Positions 16,685-27,149 are shown, numbered from the stretch's first letter. The stretch: 64,000 nt of DNA from Promethearchaeota archaeon (GCA_048938855.1 JBHLLT010000001.1:448124-512123); one strand, 5' to 3'. Notes: generated by a model from the sequence alone, not told the origin. Numbers and translations: made by a program.

Positions 16685-17887
16685 TTGATAATCTCTAAAA
16701 AATCTGTTTTTTTTATTTTAATCTCTGTTTTCTTTATTTATATTTCCATTATGCTTTTAATAACATTTTTACCTTTGTATCTTGAATTTTTAGATATAGA
16801 ACCAGCAGGTATAACATTATCAATGACCATTATTATGTTCACCTTATTCATTTTTCCCCCATTGTTAGGAAAATTCTCAGATAAAATTCAGAACAGAATT
16901 TATTTTATCTATCTGTTCCCAGTTGGTATTGTTTTTTCTTTAATTTTACTTATTTTTACTAAAGATATAATATTACTAAATATCATTTTATTTATGTTTG
17001 GGTTCTTTATTTCATTTTTAACTGTATATCTTACTCTTTTTAGTGAATTGGTTCAAAATGATAAAAAATGGGTATCGTATTATAATGCAACCTGCTCAAT
17101 TGGAAATTTTATGGGAGTTCTAATTGGAGGTATGTTGATCTTTCTTTTTACAATTGGGAATATTTTCATCTTTACCTTAGCTTCTTTCTTAATAGCTATA
17201 GTTTTTATTGTATTCATTAGAGAAGATAGAAATTTAATATTAGAATCTAATAAAAAAGAATACTCGAATTTTAAAAATGGAAAATTAAACAATCTCTTCA
17301 ATGAAGAACGTAAAATTTCGAATTCTATATACTATAGTCTTTTTTTTAGGAGTTTTGCAATAGTTCCAATCTTAAATGTTCTTGTAAGTATCTTGAGTCC
17401 TCATATAGCTACTACTAGCATTGCTTTTTTAGTTGGTTTAAACCCTCTACTACAATTTTTCTTTATAATTATCATTGGAATCATATTAAATGAAAAAAAC
17501 ATAAAGATATTTCTGATTTTAGGTTATCTATTATCTACTATTATTATAATCGGCTATATTATCTCTTTTGATTTTTGGAGTGTTTTTATTGTTCAAATAA
17601 TGCTCGCTAGTGGTTTTTCAATGTTTTGGATGGCAACAATTGTTTACATAGCTCAAAATTCAAATCCTACTAATAAAGGTCGCTTTATAGGATATGCCAC
17701 GACTAGCACTTATGCTGGCACAACATCAGGTGGACTCTTTTTTAGCTTATTATTAACTGTTTTCCAAGGTAATTATGATCTATCAATGGTCTTTATGATA
17801 TTATTTCCAGCAATCTCAACTATGATAATAATCTTCTTATTCAAAATACCACAAAATAAGTCACATAGTAGCCCAAAAAGCGTATAA
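16685..17887 (+). CDS. MFS transporter (paralogue 2)
   Basis: GKFSDKIQNR motif A, about 12 TM, AAGGAG RBS; colinear with paralogue 1. Confidence 0.88.
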   Translation: MIISKKSVFFILISVFFIYISIMLLITFLPLYLEFLDIEPAGITLSMTIIMFTLFIFPPLLGKFSDKIQNRIYFIYLFPVGIVFSLILLIFTKDIILLNIILFMFGFFISFLTVYLTLFSELVQNDKKWVSYYNATCSIGNFMGVLIGGMLIFLFTIGNIFIFTLASFLIAIVFIVFIREDRNLILESNKKEYSNFKNGKLNNLFNEERKISNSIYYSLFFRSFAIVPILNVLVSILSPHIATTSIAFLVGLNPLLQFFFIIIIGIILNEKNIKIFLILGYLLSTIIIIGYIISFDFWSVFIVQIMLASGFSMFWMATIVYIAQNSNPTNKGRFIGYATTSTYAGTTSGGLFFSLLLTVFQGNYDLSMVFMILFPAISTMIIIFLFKIPQNKSHSSPKSV

Positions 17888-19828
17888 GTTATGAAGAATT
17901 GCATTTGGTTTATCTGGTAATATTTCTAATTCTTTTCTTATCCAATCTGAAATCCATTTATATTTTACTTTAAATCTACTATCCATAAAAATTATTGCCC
18001 CTTTATCAGAAACTTTTCTGATAGGTCTTCCGGAAGCTTGATTTGCTCGTTGTACTGCGGGATATAAGTAAGCAAAGTTCCAACCTTGTCTATTAAATAC
18101 TTTATCATAGTAGTTAATTTTTGCTTCCACTCTAGGAGTTGGTAAATGATAGGGAAATCCGGCAATTATTACAGAATTCATATAATCTCCAGGATAGTCC
18201 TCTCCTTCAGAATTCCTCCCTCCACATACGCCTAATAAGACACCGCCTCCATTTTTAGCCATAGTTTTGAAACCATCCACCAATAAAGAATTTTCAGATG
18301 CTGATAATCCTGATTCTTCAATGAATAGTTTTTTCCTATTCTTTTCTACAATATTCTCAAATCCATTTTTTAACAATCCTTTAAGAATTGTATAGGAGGC
18401 ACAAAAAACTCCGATATTTGCTGGAGTACTTTGGAGCACTTCATCAACTTTTTCTATTATTTTTTTATACATAGTTGGATTTCTACTATCTCTTTTAGTA
18501 TCTACGCCCTCAGTTATAATAGCTTTAATATTTTTATTATTAAATGGTGAATCTGCAACAATTCCTTTATAACTCTTGCCACATTCATTTAATCCCATCA
18601 AATTATTGTACACATATGGATTTACCGTTCCAGAGAGATTTAAACATGTATATCCATTTTTTAAAATAGGAATTGTAACTTCTCTTGGATCTAAGGCAAC
18701 GATTTCAAGTGATATTAACCTCTTTCCCTTATTTTCCTTTGTATTATAACAAAAGAAGTAATTTTCTGATGTATAAGATTCTAACCACTTCAACCAAAAT
18801 TCTGCTAATGAACTAATAAAATCTCTTGAGATTTCTCCATTTGCCACTTTTTCTTCATGAACAGATAAGCTAAAATCATAAAGTTCATCAATAAAGATCT
18901 TAAATCCATTTAGATCAGAAAATCCTAATTTTTTATATATCGATGTTAAGTATCTATCTGGTTCTATGGCTTTTTCATTAACTCGTAGATTCTTTTTCTC
19001 TGTTTGTAATTGATCTAATAATATTTGTACGAAACTTTGCATTAAAATAGGTGATCTATACATTTCAAGATCTTTTAAGCATATTTTTAATGAATATGGG
19101 GTAATCTTTTTTGAATTAATTTCAGTTGCAATATCAATTATATTATGACATTCATCTAACACAAGAATACAATTTTGGAGTTCTTGACCTATAAATTCTA
19201 AAAAAGATTCACGAATATACGGATTAAAAATCCATTGATAATTGCAAATTATTACTCTCATTCCTTCAAGTAAAAATTTACTTAAGAAATAGGGACAGAA
19301 ATTATGTTCCTTACAGAATCCTATTAATTCTTCAGCGTCAATAGGTTTATTAAATAATTCTGGTGCGATTGATAAAGGATTTTCACTTTGTCCTTTCTTT
19401 TTTAATAAATTTAGAAAGTAAAGACAATTCCGGTTTTTTCTTAGATCGGTGCAAACAGACATTGCTTCTCTTGGATTTAACTTGAGAGATAATAATGTTT
19501 TATTTAGGCACATTTCATTCCTACCTCTTATTGAAAGACCATTTAAGTTGACTTTAAAATTGTCAGTAATTGTTTTTTGTGAAATTTTAGTCAATTCCTT
19601 AATTATTCTACGATTTTGAGAATGGGTCCTGCACATATAAATTATTTTTAGATTTTTCTCAAATGCTAAAGGAAGTAAACCACATAATGCAATAATTGTT
19701 TTACCTGTACCATTAGGAGCTGATAATAAAGTAATCTTCTTTAATCTAGAACTTTCTTCAATTTGACTAATGACTTTTTCTTGATTTTCTCTGAAATTCT
19801 CGTAAGGGAAAAAGGATGAATAATTTAT
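17861..19828 (-). CDS. xpd: XPD/Rad3/DinG family Fe-S DNA helicase, probable ATA start
   Basis: The frame extends upstream of the track start and encodes FFPYENFRENQ (Q motif) and SAPNGTGKT (Walker A); Fe-S cysteines, DECHN, SEGEDY, QASGRPIR. Confidence 0.9.
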   Translation of the reverse strand: MNYSSFFPYENFRENQEKVISQIEESSRLKKITLLSAPNGTGKTIIALCGLLPLAFEKNLKIIYMCRTHSQNRRIIKELTKISQKTITDNFKVNLNGLSIRGRNEMCLNKTLLSLKLNPREAMSVCTDLRKNRNCLYFLNLLKKKGQSENPLSIAPELFNKPIDAEELIGFCKEHNFCPYFLSKFLLEGMRVIICNYQWIFNPYIRESFLEFIGQELQNCILVLDECHNIIDIATEINSKKITPYSLKICLKDLEMYRSPILMQSFVQILLDQLQTEKKNLRVNEKAIEPDRYLTSIYKKLGFSDLNGFKIFIDELYDFSLSVHEEKVANGEISRDFISSLAEFWLKWLESYTSENYFFCYNTKENKGKRLISLEIVALDPREVTIPILKNGYTCLNLSGTVNPYVYNNLMGLNECGKSYKGIVADSPFNNKNIKAIITEGVDTKRDSRNPTMYKKIIEKVDEVLQSTPANIGVFCASYTILKGLLKNGFENIVEKNRKKLFIEESGLSASENSLLVDGFKTMAKNGGGVLLGVCGGRNSEGEDYPGDYMNSVIIAGFPYHLPTPRVEAKINYYDKVFNRQGWNFAYLYPAVQRANQASGRPIRKVSDKGAIIFMDSRFKVKYKWISDWIRKELEILPDKPNAILHNLYAFWATM

Positions 19829-19916
19829 TTTAGCACACCATAAATTAAAATATAATTTTTATACTTCAATAGAATTTATATTGCTATAGACTTTATAAAT
19901 TTAAAAATTTATAGTG

Positions 19917-21362
19917 TTAATCATGTAATATAGGGTTTCTTGCCGCTTGAACAGCATCTAATCGCTTAACATATGTATTATGAGGAGCAGTTTTAAGTAT
20001 TTCAGGACTAATTCTTGCTTCTTCATAAATTTTATTCATTATTTTAACAAAGTTATCTAAGGATTTTTTCGATTCAGTTTCAGTAGGTTCAATCATCAAT
20101 GCTCCTGAAACAATCAATGGAAAATAGATCGTGGGCGCATAAACTCCATAATCAAGTATACGTTTACCTATATCTTCAGTTGTAATTTCATTAGGCATAT
20201 TTCGATCAGAAAGTACAAACTCATGTTGGCAGATCCGGTTAAAAGGAAGAAAAAAATTCTTTTGTAAGAGAACTCTTAAATAATTTGCATTTAAAACAGC
20301 TATTTGGCCAACTCTTTTTAAACCTTCAGCTCCTAAAGCTAAAATATAAGCGTATGCTCTAATAATAACGCCAAAATTACCCCAAAAGGCTCGTATTCTT
20401 CCAATTGATTTATAATTGTTTTCTTTACATATAATTCCGTTTTGAGTTGAAATTAAGCAAGGTTCTGGAAGAAATGGAACGAGCTCATCTATAACTCCAA
20501 TAGGTCCTGATCCTGGACCACCGCCACCATGTGGAGTAGAGAAAGTTTTATGCAAATTCAAATGTATAATATCAAAACCCATGTCTCTAGGATGACAAAT
20601 TCCCAACATTGGATTTAAGTTTGCTCCATCATAATAACATAATCCACCACTTTCATGAACAATTTTAGTGATTTCCTTAATTTGTCTATCAAATACTCCT
20701 AATGTATTCGGATTGGTTAGCATTATACCGGCAACATCACCTTCTTTCATGGCAAATTCTAACTTATCTAATGGAACTTCTCCATATTTATTTGATTGTA
20801 TTTCTATTATTGAGAATCCCGCCATCCTAGCAGAGGCCGGATTAGTTCCATGAGCAGAATCAGGAACAATAATTTTATTCTTTTTAATGCCTTTACTCTC
20901 AAAATATTTTTTTATCATTAATAAGCCAACTAGTTCTCCATGAGCTCCTGCTGCCGGTTGCATTGTAAATCCATCCATTCCTGTTATTTCACCTAATAAT
21001 TCGGAGATATGATAGAGTAATGCAAGACACCCACTATTTTTCTCTTGTAAAGGATGGATTTGAGCAAAACTTGGCATTCTGACTATCTTTTCATTTATTT
21101 TAGGATTATACTTCATGGTACAAGAACCTAATGGATATATACCTGTATCTACACCATAATTCCGATTACTTAAATTAATAAAATGACGAACTATTTCAAC
21201 TTCTGGAATATTAGGAATTGGTAAATCTATTCTTTGGTAAGATTTTGGTAAAATTTCATTAATATCAGTTCCATCAATGTCCATTTCAGGAACAAAATTA
21301 TTCGATTTACTATCTATTTCCTTTTCAAAAATTAATTGAATGTTAGAATCTATGATTTTCAC
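19917..21362 (-). CDS. gcvPB: Glycine dehydrogenase (decarboxylating) subunit 2
   Basis: YPLGSCTMKYNP, SAHGTNPAS, HLNLHKTFSTPHGGGGPG, IEPTETES. Confidence 0.96.
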   Translation of the reverse strand: MKIIDSNIQLIFEKEIDSKSNNFVPEMDIDGTDINEILPKSYQRIDLPIPNIPEVEIVRHFINLSNRNYGVDTGIYPLGSCTMKYNPKINEKIVRMPSFAQIHPLQEKNSGCLALLYHISELLGEITGMDGFTMQPAAGAHGELVGLLMIKKYFESKGIKKNKIIVPDSAHGTNPASARMAGFSIIEIQSNKYGEVPLDKLEFAMKEGDVAGIMLTNPNTLGVFDRQIKEITKIVHESGGLCYYDGANLNPMLGICHPRDMGFDIIHLNLHKTFSTPHGGGGPGSGPIGVIDELVPFLPEPCLISTQNGIICKENNYKSIGRIRAFWGNFGVIIRAYAYILALGAEGLKRVGQIAVLNANYLRVLLQKNFFLPFNRICQHEFVLSDRNMPNEITTEDIGKRILDYGVYAPTIYFPLIVSGALMIEPTETESKKSLDNFVKIMNKIYEEARISPEILKTAPHNTYVKRLDAVQAARNPILHD

Positions 21363-22705
21363 ACCTCTAATCTCTCCTTAGAAGCCAATTGAGCTGCTTC
21401 AAGGAATTTATCAATAGATTGTTTTGAATTTATTTCAGTTACACACACTAGAGCAATATTTCTCATTTCAGGATAGTAATTTGAGATTTTTAATGGAGGT
21501 AAAAGCTTTAATTGTAGGCAATGGGCAATTAAAGAATTAATATCAGGACACATCACAAGAAATTCATTGTATGTCGGCTTTTTATTTAATATTTTATATC
21601 CTTGAATTTTACTTAGTTTTTGTTTTAAATAATGACTCTTTTGAAAATTTTGATATGCAACCTCCTTTAAGCCATTTCTTCCTAACGCTGAGAGATAAGT
21701 TAAAGCAGCTAAGGAACATAATGCTTGGTTTGTACATATATTAGAACTTGCTTTTTCTCTTCGTATATGTTGTTCACGAGCTTGCAGTGTTAAAATAAAA
21801 CCTTCTCCATCTCCATTTATTTCTTTGGTTTTTCCAATCAATCGTCCCGGCATCTTTCTTAAAAATTTTTGTTTAGCAGTAAAAATTCCTAATCCAGGTC
21901 CCCCAAAAGTTGGGGTAATCCCAAAAGATTGCCCTTCTGCGACAAAGATATCAATATCTGTTGTTCCAGGAGGTTTTAATATTCCTAAGCATGTAGGATC
22001 TGTCATTGCTTGAATAATTAAACAACCAGGATTATTATCTCTTATAATATTTACTAATTTGGAAGAATCTTCAATATCACCAAAAAAATTAGGACTTTGA
22101 AATAAAACTGCTGCTATATTGTTAGATAGTAGTTCCTTTAAATTATCTTCAGTTGCTAAGATAACATTAATATCTTGCCCCCAACAATAGGTTCTAATGA
22201 CTTCTACATATTCCGGATGAATTCCTTCAAGCAATATAATAGAATTCCTTCGTGTAATAATTGTTGACATAATAGCTGCCTCAGCTAGGGCTGTTGATCC
22301 ATCATACATGCTAGCGTTGGCAACATCCATTTGGGTCAGTCTGGATATCATTGTTTGATACTCAAAAATAGCTTGTAAGTAACCTTGACTAGCTTCAGCT
22401 TGATATGGAGTATAGGCAGTATAAAATTCTGATCGAGAAGTCACAAAATCTACCAACGAGGGGATGTAATGAAAATAACACCCAGCTCCTAAAAAAGAAC
22501 TTGTATATAATTCATTTTTTTTAGAAATATTCTCTAATTGATGTAAAATATCTGGTTCAGATAATCCAGATGATATATTAAGTTTTTTAATAAGTAAATC
22601 ACTAGGCACATCTTTAAATAATTCTTGTAAAGTTTTTACACCAATTACATTCAGCATTTCTTCAATTGTTTGGTTATCGTGAGACACAAAATCCAATTTA
22701 AACAA
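21359..22705 (-). CDS. gcvPA: Glycine dehydrogenase (decarboxylating) subunit 1
   Basis: FLGAG, EFYTAYTPYQAEASQG, ANASMYDG, LQAREQHIRREKASSNICTNQAL. Confidence 0.96.
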   Translation of the reverse strand: MFKLDFVSHDNQTIEEMLNVIGVKTLQELFKDVPSDLLIKKLNISSGLSEPDILHQLENISKKNELYTSSFLGAGCYFHYIPSLVDFVTSRSEFYTAYTPYQAEASQGYLQAIFEYQTMISRLTQMDVANASMYDGSTALAEAAIMSTIITRRNSIILLEGIHPEYVEVIRTYCWGQDINVILATEDNLKELLSNNIAAVLFQSPNFFGDIEDSSKLVNIIRDNNPGCLIIQAMTDPTCLGILKPPGTTDIDIFVAEGQSFGITPTFGGPGLGIFTAKQKFLRKMPGRLIGKTKEINGDGEGFILTLQAREQHIRREKASSNICTNQALCSLAALTYLSALGRNGLKEVAYQNFQKSHYLKQKLSKIQGYKILNKKPTYNEFLVMCPDINSLIAHCLQLKLLPPLKISNYYPEMRNIALVCVTEINSKQSIDKFLEAAQLASKERLEV

Positions 22706-22752
22706 CTCAATTAATTTTTCAAAAATTAAATAAAACTATAAAGAAAAAGATT

Positions 22753-23148
22753 TTAATTTTTTTCATTTTGGATTATTTCTTTATATTCTTCATTAGACAA
22801 AAGCTCATCTATTTCACTTGGATGAGAAAACTTAATTTTAATCATCCAACCTTTTTCATACGGAGATGAATTAACTAGTTCTGGATTATTAGCAATATTA
22901 TCGTTAATAGCAATAATTTCTCCAGATAATGGCATGATTAGATCTCCAACTGCTTTTACGGATTCAATTTCTGCTGCGTTACTTCCTTTTTCGAACACCA
23001 TACCAATTTCAGGAAGTTCTACAAATACAATATCACCCAATTGATGTTGGGCAAAATCAGTTATTCCTACTATTGCTATTGAATCTTCAAGTTTAATCCA
23101 TTCATGAGTTGATGTATATTTTAAATTATTGGGTAATTTATGTTCCAT
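22753..23148 (-). CDS. gcvH: Glycine cleavage system H protein
   Basis: HEW, GITDFAQHQLGDIVFVELP, lipoyl-Lys motif IESVKAV. Confidence 0.97.
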   Translation of the reverse strand: MEHKLPNNLKYTSTHEWIKLEDSIAIVGITDFAQHQLGDIVFVELPEIGMVFEKGSNAAEIESVKAVGDLIMPLSGEIIAINDNIANNPELVNSSPYEKGWMIKIKFSHPSEIDELLSNEEYKEIIQNEKN

Positions 23149-23186
23149 ATTTGTTCACCTTTTCTTCACTAAATATACTGTTATTT

Positions 23187-24284
23187 TTACACATTACGGT
23201 AAAAGGGTGTAGTTGCTATTTTTCCTTTCAAAAGTTTATTGCGAATTTCTATATTGATCTCAGTACCTACATCCTTATATTGTTTTTTTACAAGGCCCAA
23301 ACCTATTGTTTTTTTAAGAGTTGGGGAATACCCTCCAGAAGTAACAAATCCAATCTCATCACTGTTCTTAAAGATTTTATATTTTTCTCTAATAATACCT
23401 TTATCAATTAAATTAAGACCTACTAATACTCTATCTGTCCCCTCAGATTTCTGCTTCAATAAGATTTTTTTTCCTATGTAATCTATTCCCTCTTTTGGTT
23501 TTACTAACCAAAAAAGACCCGCCTCAATAGGAGAAATTGTATCACTTATCTCATGGCCGTAAAGTGAGTAACAGGCTTCTAGTCTTAAAGAATCTCTTGC
23601 TCCTAATCCTGCTGGTTTGGCACCAGTGGCAATTAAAATAGTCCATATCGTTTCTGCAAACTCATTTTCAAATGATATTTCAAATCCTTTCTCTCCGGTG
23701 TAACCAGTTCTAGCTATAAAAACAGGGTTTTCTTTAATTGAGCAATGAGTGAAAAAGAATCGATTGATCTTTGATAAATCTACATCTACTAATGGTTGTA
23801 GCAAAGTATCTGCATTAGGGCCTTGAAAAGCCATGCGAGTTCTTTTTTCCGATAGATTTGTAATCTTTACATCCATATTTCCAATATGATCTTCTAACCA
23901 TTTCAAATCTTTTTCGATATTACTAGCATTAACGATCATTCTAAAGCGTTCAGAAGTTTCCTCGTAATAAACAAGGTCGTCTACAACAGTCCCATTTTCA
24001 AAGCACATGCAAGAATATTGTCCTTTAGAAGGTTCCAATAAATTAAGATCATTTATCATCATATATTGAAGAAAATCAATTACATCTTTTCCTTCGAGAA
24101 GAAATTCTCCCATATGTGATATATCGAAAACTCCAGCATTAGATCGAACGTTTTCGTGTTCTTTTATAATACTATCATATTGAACTGGCATCATCCAACC
24201 AGCAAAACTAACCATACGCGCTCCAAGGTTTAAATGGGTCATGTAAAGAGGAGTCTTTTTATTATGTGTTGATTCAGAGTTCAT
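23187..24284 (-). CDS. gcvT: Glycine cleavage system aminomethyltransferase T
   Basis: FAGWMMPVQY, FDISHMGE, RTGYTGEKGFE, GLGARDSLRLEA. Confidence 0.96.
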   Translation of the reverse strand: MNSESTHNKKTPLYMTHLNLGARMVSFAGWMMPVQYDSIIKEHENVRSNAGVFDISHMGEFLLEGKDVIDFLQYMMINDLNLLEPSKGQYSCMCFENGTVVDDLVYYEETSERFRMIVNASNIEKDLKWLEDHIGNMDVKITNLSEKRTRMAFQGPNADTLLQPLVDVDLSKINRFFFTHCSIKENPVFIARTGYTGEKGFEISFENEFAETIWTILIATGAKPAGLGARDSLRLEACYSLYGHEISDTISPIEAGLFWLVKPKEGIDYIGKKILLKQKSEGTDRVLVGLNLIDKGIIREKYKIFKNSDEIGFVTSGGYSPTLKKTIGLGLVKKQYKDVGTEINIEIRNKLLKGKIATTPFYRNV

Positions 24285-24383
24285 AATTTCTACACAATGT
24301 TATAGTACTAATGTGTTTGGTTTATATAGTGGAATAGGAGAAATCATAAAAATTTATTTATTAGATATATTATAATAAAGAAA

Positions 24384-25256
24384 ATGAATGAAAAAAATAA
24401 TAATAATTATTATTTATCATTAAAAGACATTATATCTGAGAGTCTTTTAAGAGATTTGATACTATTCACTTTCCTATTTCTTTTAATCCTTACTCAAGGA
24501 TGGGAAAATATATTTTTATTATTATTTCCTTTAATTACATTTGTATTTTCATTGTTCTTTAGAATTCTTAGTAGCAGCAAATTGAAAACGGAATTCACTA
24601 ATAGTATTATTATATATAATCCGTTAGGGCTTGAAAAAAAAAGTGCGAACCGACTTTTCTATTGTACACTCTTCCAACTAATTTTGATATTTTGGATTGG
24701 AGGTGAGTCATTATATGATTCACACATTGTTCAAAATTATTACTCATTTTTTTTAGGATTTCTTGTGTTTTTATATACATTTAGTTTCTTTTGGATTTTT
24801 ACTGATTCTTGGAAATATACGAAAATAGAAATATTAGATGAATTATCTAAAGCTAATTCAATTTCATTATCATCGGAGGATGATAAAAAAATACTTTCCT
24901 ATCTTTCATTACAAAATATTAAGTTCGTAGCTTATATCACATTCTTAATTTTCATCTCAATTAACATTTTAAACATATTAATGCTTTTCATCACAAATTA
25001 TAGTAATATTGGAATGCAAGTAATTCTTCCTGGTTCTCAAATTCTAACAATTTCATATTTGTTCTTTGGATTTCTATTTATTTCACCAATTATAGCTGTT
25101 TTTATTTTAATTAAGAATTATAAAATTATCAATAAAATTGATAAAAAGAAATTAGAAAATATTCTTGAGTCATTACCTAGAAATGTTCAAATAAAAATAA
25201 CTGAAAACCTTAAAGCATTGAACATTAAAAATATAAAACAATTAAGACGTGAATAA
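24384..25256 (+). CDS. Hypothetical multi-pass membrane protein (about 6 TM)
   Basis: Long ORF with hydrophobic segments; no recognisable motif. Confidence 0.6.
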   Translation: MNEKNNNNYYLSLKDIISESLLRDLILFTFLFLLILTQGWENIFLLLFPLITFVFSLFFRILSSSKLKTEFTNSIIIYNPLGLEKKSANRLFYCTLFQLILIFWIGGESLYDSHIVQNYYSFFLGFLVFLYTFSFFWIFTDSWKYTKIEILDELSKANSISLSSEDDKKILSYLSLQNIKFVAYITFLIFISINILNILMLFITNYSNIGMQVILPGSQILTISYLFFGFLFISPIIAVFILIKNYKIINKIDKKKLENILESLPRNVQIKITENLKALNIKNIKQLRRE

Positions 25257-25298
25257 AACAAGAAATTTATTTAGTTAATTTCACAATTTGCATACTTT

Positions 25299-25832
25299 TT
25301 ATTCTAATTGTTCCTTATTTTTAAGAATTGTACGAGTAATTAGTTCAAATATCTTTTTATTATTTTCTCCGCTTTTTGAAGAAGTCTCAATAAAATAATT
25401 AATATTATACTTTTCCTTAAATTTTTCAGCTTGTTCAAAATTAACACTTCTCCTTTCATCTGCTAAATCTGCTTTTTCTCCTACCAAAATAAATACAGGG
25501 TTATTAGCATTAGAATTTACAATTTGATACCATTCCTCTAAATTATCAAAACTAATTCTGCGTGTTATATCATAACATAATAAGCAACCTGTTGCTCCTC
25601 TTGAATAATTAGGTAAAAAAATTCTAAATCGCTTTTCTCCTGCGAAATCCCAGATCTGAAGATTGGCATTTATTTTTCGATTGATTTTAATGCGGTGGAT
25701 TAAGAGATCTGTCCCTATAGTGATTTTTTGAGGAATAAATTGTCCTGTCGCCAATCTCTGTATCATTGTACTTTTTCCGACGCCTCCATCTCCTACAACG
25801 ACGATTTTAAAGAGAAGTTTTCGATTTGACAT
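25299..25832 (-). CDS. Rab-like small GTPase
   Basis: G1 GDGGVGKS, G2 TIG, G3 WDFAGE, G4 EKAD, G5 ETSSK; no C-terminal Cys prenylation motif. Confidence 0.9.
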   Translation of the reverse strand: MSNRKLLFKIVVVGDGGVGKSTMIQRLATGQFIPQKITIGTDLLIHRIKINRKINANLQIWDFAGEKRFRIFLPNYSRGATGCLLCYDITRRISFDNLEEWYQIVNSNANNPVFILVGEKADLADERRSVNFEQAEKFKEKYNINYFIETSSKSGENNKKIFELITRTILKNKEQLE

Positions 25833-26009
25833 TGTTTTTGGTTTGAACTGAGAAATTAATATAATTATAATAAATATCGAATTTAATTAATTTTTGTTTC
25901 TATAAATAATAGATTAAACGGAGTTTTCATTCAAGTTGCAAAGAATCTATCATCATATAAGAAATCAGTTATTAAGTTAAAGTAATAATAAAAAATTAAA
26001 AATAATTAA

Positions 26010-26954
26010 TTAATCTTCCAGAATATCCTTTAATTCATCTATGTTAAGTTTCAGATAGTTAGCGGATATTAATTCTTTACCCAAAAGAGTTAAGAAATTT
26101 TTCTTACGTTTCTTATTTAAAAACTTCTTCATCTCAGATAAATCAGGATTTGGATCAGTAATTTCTATTAGTTTTTTTTTAACTGCAGTATCTACTACTT
26201 TTTGTCCCACATCAGTTCTAATTATAAGCAATGCTTCCCCAGAACCTTTTGGAGCACCCCATGGTGAGTATGATATATCCGAAAATTCCCCTGAGAAATC
26301 AGTACAATATTTGCATCCTGTCATTCCTCCAGATGAACACGCATATGCTATTCTCAAAGATGTACGTTCTGCTCCTGTATTGAAATCTGATGTTAATATT
26401 TTTGCTAGACCTTGAATATGACATGGATTAGCTAAAATACCAATATCTCGCTTATATTCTTTATAAGCTTTTCCAATACCAGTAATTAAAGGCCCAGCGT
26501 TGTCCATTGTAGCTTTTGGTATATATTTTTTTGCATCTTTTGCATTATCTACTACAACAGGAAAAGCAACAGGTGGTTTTTTACTTTTAACTTCGCTTAA
26601 AACCATATTTTTTACAATACCTGCTTCAAAACCTGCAACAACAAGATTATATAATATATCATCTTTATTTTTAGATTTAACTTGAATGATATCATTATAG
26701 ACCCCAACTGCTAAATCTATGCGTGTCTTACCGAATAATTTCTCTTCAATCTTCGAGATTGGTAAAAAACTTCTTGGACATGAATTATAGCAGAGCCCTA
26801 CAGTTTCAGCGCATTCATCTACAACGTAAGCTTCGCCCGTTTCTTTATTAAAATCCATATGTGGACAGAATGCATTACATGAACCGCAATGAATACACAA
26901 CCCAGAATAAATCACTTCATTTTCAAGATCTTGACTTGATTTTTCGACTTTCAT
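26010..26954 (-). CDS. FrhB/FdhB family (F420-binding beta subunit-like) Fe-S protein
   Basis: N-terminal CIHCGSCNAFCP...CYNSCPR ferredoxin, GILANPCHIQGL, GCKYCTDF...SDIS, LLIIRTDVG. Confidence 0.8.
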   Translation of the reverse strand: MKVEKSSQDLENEVIYSGLCIHCGSCNAFCPHMDFNKETGEAYVVDECAETVGLCYNSCPRSFLPISKIEEKLFGKTRIDLAVGVYNDIIQVKSKNKDDILYNLVVAGFEAGIVKNMVLSEVKSKKPPVAFPVVVDNAKDAKKYIPKATMDNAGPLITGIGKAYKEYKRDIGILANPCHIQGLAKILTSDFNTGAERTSLRIAYACSSGGMTGCKYCTDFSGEFSDISYSPWGAPKGSGEALLIIRTDVGQKVVDTAVKKKLIEITDPNPDLSEMKKFLNKKRKKNFLTLLGKELISANYLKLNIDELKDILED

Positions 26955-26979
26955 AAAAATTCACTTTATGCTTTGTATC

Positions 26980-26997
26980 AGTGTGAAATTTCACACT
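26980..26997. promoter_or_regulatory. Perfect 18-bp palindrome, probable operator of the frhB-like gene
   Basis: AGTGTGAAATTTCACACT, 25 nt upstream of the start and downstream of a minus-strand AAAAAACCTTTTTATT BRE/TATA-like element. Confidence 0.6.
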
Positions 26998-27149
26998 AAT
27001 TGAAATCTCCCACCAATAAAAAGGTTTTTTATATAATTTTAAGTTGAAACTAAGTCTTTTTGAATTATTTAAGACAAAAAATTGTATTTAAATGAAGAAC
27101 TGAAAGTTTTTAAGACTATGAAGTGTTAAAAATAACATATTTTTTAGAT

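Noticed and set aside
26010-26954. Selenoprotein recoding in redox genes
   Set aside because: No in-frame TGA interrupts this or the other redox ORFs examined
26980-26997. Calling the palindrome a Rex or CRP site
   Set aside because: Half-site spacing is 2 nt shorter than Rex (TGTGAA-N4-TTCACA) and CRP (TGTGA-N6-TCACA), and no such regulator is seen in the window
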